Source: Phoronis australis
Lineage: Eukaryota; Animalia; Phoronida
DNA length: 42,428 nucleotides
Direction: 5' to 3'
Assembly (NCBI GenBank): GCA_002633005.1
Contig: NMRA01001182.1
Coordinates: forward strand, 1-42,428
The position numbers and the translations under genes were made by a program. The notes beneath the pieces were generated by a model that was not told where the DNA came from, did no database searches, and saw only the letters and a list, made by a program, of their open reading frames with translations. This document shows, piece after piece, positions 38,901 to 42,428 of the stretch (position 1 is the first letter of the stretch; the number at the start of each line of letters is the position of its first letter).

Positions 38901-41628
38901 AACTGCATCGATCGTAAGCAAATCGTACATGTGCATATACTTTATTTCTTATCATAAATAGCATAGTCTTGTTTTCAGTGCCGGTTTATTTCTTAAAAGA
39001 AATAACAGTGACTTAGCACCGGAGATAGTGACCCCATGACGGCCTTTTTAATACAACGGTCTTCTCTATTACACAATGTGTGTAACACAGACGGGTGTTG
39101 CAACAGCTAAGGGCAAATCTTGCTGTCTGAGCCGTTACAATTTTATACTAAATAGACTTTCCTGTTACAAAGCCAAAATCGGATGTCTCCATCTCCAGAG
39201 ATAGCCAGCTCAGGGGTATTGCAAACGCACAATCCAGGGTAAATGCATGCATAGTCCCACTGCAATCCGGTGGTACTTTCATGTCAGTCCAATTAAAGGT
39301 GTTTCTCAAGGCCATGCAGGTGAGAGTTTTCGGAAGAACAAACCGGGAGTACCCCTAAGTCTTGCTCCGAGGGGTACTCTCTTACGGAAAGTAGACGTAA
39401 TTTGATATGTTATGGAAGTAGCAATGCCAATATTGCAACTGTCACTATGACCGTACGAACAAACTTACTTGTTCTCCAGAGTACACCATCCGCAGTGAGG
39501 GTCACGTGATCCCACGCACACTGTACAGGAAGTGAACAAATTACATTCGTAACTTGCTATTTTGTGCAGCTGCAATAGAAAAACTTTGAAAATTAATGTA
39601 TAGGCAGCACACCCTTTCCATTGTACGGCGTCTAATTATTTCTTATGATATTTTTTGCAGAGCGGGAGTCTTTATGGAGACCGGACGATAAAAATGAAAG
39701 GCTTTGAATTTCCAAAACTAAATGTGAAATGCAGCGTTTACATTGTAGATGTGGAAGGTGAAAATGCAAGACGAATAATCAAATTGAAAAGAGTACACAT
39801 GCCGCGTTGACCGGTTTCGATATCCGTGCGCCAGTTAGTGCTAGTTATATTCGATTCTTAGTTATTTCTTTTTTTATGTTTGTTATCTTACAAAGTTATG
39901 ACCTTCGTTTTAAACCTCGAAATTGTTATTAGATGAAATCTTATCAGGTACATTTACCGATTTCGTGCCAAGAGTGAGCAGAAGACTACGTTGTCTTTGT
40001 ATTTGTAAAAACTGATGTACACAAGTAATTTGAAAAACAAGAATCAAATCTAAAATAATCAAATTTCTCCTGAAAAGAATCGATTCGAATTCCTAACATA
40101 TGGATGTTCCCCAATCCTAGGAATGTAAAATACGTGTAAAATGCAAAAAAGACTTGTGCTTCGAAATCGGTCTCGTGTCTTTTATCTCAGGTATAAAACA
40201 ACAAATTTCATTGTGTTTGTAGATTTTAGTACAAATGGTTCGATCTCGTTGTACTTTGCCATCCATGCGCGTGCTTAAAATGTTATTGGTCAAGTGACAT
40301 TTAGATCAGGCAGGGAGGGGGGGGGATGAAAAGAAACCCAATCCGCGTGTTACACAAAAGATGCCTTCGATTCTTAATTTTAGAAAAAAGCATGTGTTGT
40401 TGTTTTTGAGGAATATTCGGTGCAATTCAAGCGACTACTGAGGAGGTCCACATTGAATATTTGACATGCAAGGGTAAAAGAACTCGTTGTAACGGAGGTT
40501 GATTATATTAACTGGCATTTTTTTTTTTGATTCACGATATTGTCACTGAACTCGTCTTAAACTGGCCCTTCTGTTGATTGTGTTTTTGTGATTTGATTAC
40601 AAAAATCGCAACCACTTGCCGTTCTCTGTCCGAAATGGGCTGAAACTGGGAACGACAATGCTTAGAGTGCTCAAAACAGTTGCTACTATTTACCTTGTTT
40701 TGACGCGTGAATAATCATTCAATGCACTGNAAAGTGACTTCATTTCAAAGATTCTTATTTCCGTGGACATGCAAGGGACCCATGAATGTGCCCGCCATTA
40801 ACGCAAGAGTGGAATGTCCACAACACAAACTTTTGACAAATTTGCTTTCCTTAGGGACCGCAGGTGAGTGGAAAGAGCCACGGCGTGGTTACATGCTACA
40901 TGTACAAGTAATACGTACAACTATCACAAACTCAACCTCTCACCATTCGTTAATCACGCTGGCAACGCGAGCTCACTAAACACAACAAATGATGACAAGT
41001 ACTGTGGTTGGTGGTCCCAATTTTGCGTAGCATATGTTTCGACCAAAGAGTATTCGAAACTCGAAATCACGTGAATAACACATCGCCAGGTAGTTTTCAT
41101 TTGACTTACTGATTCACTTAAAGGCTATTTCTTACCTTCTTGCCCGTCATAACATAGATGTGTTGTTTTTCATCATCAAACAACATGTCTTCCATTACGC
41201 GCTCATCACTAAGTGTTACGTTTTTAAAGGTCATGGATTCTGTCGCCGAGTTAACATGAATCTGAAACGATGCAAATGTTTGCTTTTAAAGACGACCAAA
41301 GTACCACGTGGATTCATCTTGAATAACGTCATACATGCATGTTAAAACGTCTCATACTGATATGTTTAAAACCGACCAGCTAATTATTTTTTGAGGTATT
41401 TATCAATTTCTTAAAATCAACCTTTTTTAGGTTTCCGCTTGACGTTCCTGCATAAACCACCGTATGATTTCCAATGGTTTTGACGAGGATAGAGCTGAGT
41501 CGACCGCTGACTTCAAGTGCCATTGCTGGAGAAACTGGGATGGTGCCCACCACTGGAGTGTTAGTCCAGTAGTCAAAATTTATAGCGAGCTCTCCGCATG
41601 ATATGGTTGAATAATCGTACCTTGTTTT
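6310..41628 (-). CDS. MET: MET/RON-family receptor tyrosine kinase with plexin-type ectodomain (25 exons in window, 5'-incomplete)
   Basis: 25 exons with GT/AG boundaries and compatible phases join to 3873 nt with no internal stop. Domains: Sema C-term, 3 PSI, 6 IPT/TIG, TM, kinase ([51 protein letters not shown]). The symbol denotes the family (MET-like); orthology is not tested. Confidence 0.9.
7741..7877 (-). CDS. RTK exon: kinase C-lobe
   Basis: [46 protein letters not shown]; 137 bp. Confidence 0.95.
8075..9786. mobile_element. Decayed Kolobok-like element (THAP remnant on -, possible KolX N-terminus on +); boundaries approximate
   Basis: Minus strand 9270-9451 reads [19 protein letters not shown]...[13 protein letters not shown] (THAP-like). 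Convergent acidic + ORF 8362-8685 contains LRPYDLDP. Short inverted GCAGAACC at the ends. Confidence 0.5.
10583..10745 (-). CDS. RTK exon: kinase activation loop
   Basis: [54 protein letters not shown]; 163 bp. Confidence 0.95.
11111..11767. mobile_element. MITE-like element (possibly PIF/Harbinger)
   Basis: Imperfect TIRs GGACTGTTCTAAA / TTTAGAGCAACCC with inverted subterminal (ctcgaccc)-type repeats. Confidence 0.55.
12525..12634 (-). CDS. RTK exon: kinase catalytic loop
   Basis: [37 protein letters not shown]; 110 bp. Confidence 0.95.
13003..14057 (-). mobile_element. Kolobok-type element, sibling of 16914-18591
   Basis: Collinear similarity to 16914-18591 at both ends; ends GGGTGGCATTCTCCT-ttaa; decayed THAP at about 13690-13863. 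Confidence 0.8.
14158..14345 (-). CDS. RTK exon: kinase alphaC and hinge
   Basis: [22 protein letters not shown]...[22 protein letters not shown]; 188 bp, phase 1-0. Confidence 0.93.
14483..14563 (-). CDS. RTK exon: kinase P-loop to VAVK
   Basis: [27 protein letters not shown]; 81 bp. Confidence 0.93.
15156..15314 (-). CDS. RTK exon: juxtamembrane / start of kinase
   Basis: [16 protein letters not shown]...[14 protein letters not shown]; 159 bp, phase 1-1. Confidence 0.8.
15451..15555 (-). CDS. RTK exon: juxtamembrane (symmetric phase 1-1)
   Basis: ttacacag|[35 protein letters not shown]|gttaat; 105 bp; open and phase-compatible but without a recognisable motif. Confidence 0.6.
16914..18591 (-). 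mobile_element. Kolobok-type element with THAP remnant
   Basis: ttaa-AGGAGCATGCCACCC ... GGGTGGCATTCTCCT-tcaa; THAP-like MVRCIVPAC...[13 protein letters not shown]...LRVC at about 18230-18416 (-). Confidence 0.8.
18679..18916 (-). CDS. RTK exon: end of IPT6, transmembrane helix, juxtamembrane helix
   Basis: [16 protein letters not shown]...[43 protein letters not shown]; 238 bp, phase 0-1. Confidence 0.92.
19531..19707 (-). CDS. RTK exon: IPT6
   Basis: [37 protein letters not shown]...PQVS; 177 bp. Confidence 0.92.
19979..21291 (-). mobile_element. Kolobok-type transposon deletion derivative with THAP/transposase N-terminal remnant
   Basis: TTAA on both sides; termini AGGTTAAGGCAACC/GGTTGCCTTTGCCT; ~300-bp TIRs; minus-strand [17 protein letters not shown] (THAP), then frameshifted KFIVD...LFSRCH...[14 protein letters not shown]. 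Confidence 0.85.
21407..21655 (-). CDS. RTK exon: end of IPT5 / start of IPT6
   Basis: [16 protein letters not shown]...IGFIMDNV...[12 protein letters not shown]...LLLM; 249 bp. Confidence 0.9.
23170..23269 (-). CDS. RTK exon: IPT5
   Basis: [33 protein letters not shown]; 100 bp, phase 2-0. Confidence 0.87.
24071..24241 (-). CDS. RTK exon: end of IPT4 / start of IPT5
   Basis: [10 protein letters not shown]...[20 protein letters not shown]; 171 bp, phase 2-2. Confidence 0.88.
24941..25083 (-). CDS. RTK exon: IPT4, first half
   Basis: [27 protein letters not shown]...GIPCDLIS; 143 bp, phase 0-2. Confidence 0.92.
27240..28080 (+). mobile_element. Non-LTR retrotransposon (L1/Tx1 clade) ORF2 fragment
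   Basis: RT motifs [13 protein letters not shown] and SQYADD, then after an N (27579) the zf-RVT region [11 protein letters not shown]...[14 protein letters not shown]. Confidence 0.9.
28270..28521 (-). CDS. RTK exon: IPT3
   Basis: [22 protein letters not shown]...VPC...KIVCQT...FSYK; 252 bp. Confidence 0.92.
28640..29184. mobile_element. Degenerate MITE / long inverted repeat
   Basis: cttcatacgc...cacact...catcaaagtcac...acaccttaggaggc is mirrored at 29040-29184. Confidence 0.55.
29509..29766. mobile_element. Short hAT-like MITE
   Basis: TIR CATGCGTGCACCCAG / CTGGGTTCGCGCATG with G/C-run subterminal motifs; TSD degenerate. Confidence 0.55.
30829..30980. repeat. Two-copy ~76-bp tandem duplication
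   Basis: ctggttattcaa.acct.cgcagaa...tcgtgcttggcac occurs twice. Confidence 0.8.
31196..31406. repeat. Compound microsatellite (TA)n-(TACATA)n-(TG)n
   Basis: Directly visible. Confidence 0.97.
31451..31599 (-). CDS. RTK exon: PSI3
   Basis: [31 protein letters not shown]...PCQLIKIKT; 149 bp, phase 1-0. Confidence 0.88.
32140..32233 (-). CDS. RTK exon: end of IPT2
   Basis: [31 protein letters not shown] (plexin-A-like VWNG..IDNP); 94 bp, phase 0-1. Confidence 0.88.
32571..32804. mobile_element. MITE (Harbinger-like)
   Basis: TIR GGGGCTCGCTCCAAGAAACTGACTTA / TAAGTCAGTTTTCTTGGAACGGGGC with internal cttaag repeats. Confidence 0.6.
32982..33086 (-). CDS. RTK exon: IPT2
   Basis: [35 protein letters not shown]|gtgcga; 105 bp. 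Confidence 0.82.
34660..34873 (-). CDS. RTK exon: PSI2 / start of IPT2
   Basis: [20 protein letters not shown]...SCPRIDA...KDLPTPM; 214 bp, phase 2-0. Confidence 0.92.
35117..35213 (-). CDS. RTK exon: end of IPT1 / start of PSI2
   Basis: [32 protein letters not shown]; 97 bp, phase 1-2. Confidence 0.88.
35915..35980. repeat. (CA)n microsatellite
   Basis: Directly visible. Confidence 0.95.
37978..38119 (-). CDS. RTK exon: IPT1 (plexin-type TIG)
   Basis: [19 protein letters not shown]...GVRCITP; 142 bp, phase 0-1. Confidence 0.87.
38610..38754 (-). CDS. RTK exon: PSI1, second half / start of IPT1
   Basis: [34 protein letters not shown]...; 145 bp, phase 2-0. Confidence 0.88.
39469..39569 (-). 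CDS. RTK exon: PSI1, first half
   Basis: [34 protein letters not shown]; 101 bp, phase 0-2. Confidence 0.92.
41136..41261 (-). CDS. RTK exon: last Sema blade
   Basis: tttcag|IHVNSATES...[18 protein letters not shown]|gtaaga; 126 bp. Confidence 0.88.
41422..41628 (-). CDS. RTK exon: Sema domain C-terminal part
   Basis: tttcag|[14 protein letters not shown]...[15 protein letters not shown]|gttgat; 207 bp, phase 0-0. Confidence 0.85.
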
Positions 41629-42428
41629 CTGAAATAATTGTAAAAGGCTGAATTGGAATCACGAAAATTACCGTCACAAGTGTGACTCGAAGCTCACAAT
41701 TCTCATTGCTGATAAGAGTCTGGGATTAATGTGTTTTACAGAAAGAACATGATTTCACTGGAACCTGGAGCAATGTTCGAAATTCAAACTTCCCGGAACC
41801 CAGTTTCAAGAGAATGTACAGGCTCATGTAACCATAAAAATCACGTGGTTCAATATAACAGTTGCCGGAACCTGTGATAATATATCAATATACAGATATA
41901 AGGTTGTTATTGATGTTGATGATTTTATAGACAGTGTACAACCGAATAAATGTAATTTTCTTTGTAACATTAATTAGCCGACAGGAGTCCACTGGCTTGC
42001 GCTTTACCGTCACGTGGTAATGAACAAGATAGATAAATACACAAGCCGATTTTTACACTTTGTTCTGTGGACAACCGACAATACATGTAAACATGAGCTT
42101 TCAACTTAAGATTGTGAGTAACTGGTAAACAAGACGCTTGATAGTAAACCAATACCATCATTAGGAGAATATTTCAAGGCTTTTTATACATGTACATGAA
42201 GTGAGCTTTTTGCCATGGGGGCTCGGGCTTGTTTATCGCTCGATGCCCTCTAGGGTGAATTGTGCCAGTTATAATTTGCTATAGTAGTGATACAAAAGAC
42301 CCATGAAGTCGTCAAGAAAACTCAACAAAACTCTTAATCCAGAAAACGCTTCAATGCTCATCGGAGTGGGCACAAAAGACCTACCGGGTATTTTGCGAGT
42401 GCAGAGGACGGGGAAGGCAATTGCTCTC

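Noticed and set aside
39345-39381. Short hairpin GGGAGTACCCCT...AGGGGTACTCTC
   Set aside because: Isolated, with no supporting element boundaries or RNA gene features
41765-42428. Possible additional Sema exons (about 41765-41871 and 42385-end)
   Set aside because: Splice-like sites and open frames are present but no convincing Sema motif; cannot be supported

Overview
Eukaryotic, intron-rich genomic DNA, probably from a marine invertebrate. Most of the window (6310 to beyond 41628, minus strand) is a multi-exon receptor tyrosine kinase gene. I reconstructed 25 GT-AG exons by hand; they splice in frame to 3873 nt (1290 aa plus stop), and the 5' end lies outside the window. The protein has a full plexin-type ectodomain (end of Sema, PSI-IPT-PSI-IPT-PSI-IPT-IPT-IPT-IPT), a TM helix, a plexin-like juxtamembrane helix and an intact MET/RON-type kinase. 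Left of the gene are a decayed two-exon 3' fragment of CFAP100/CCDC38 (+ strand) and a 1.6-kb Academ-like foldback transposon, with a second partial copy at the window start. The introns hold four Kolobok-like elements with THAP remnants, an L1/Tx1-type LINE fragment spanning an N, several MITEs and microsatellites. I saw no rRNA, tRNA or CRISPR.
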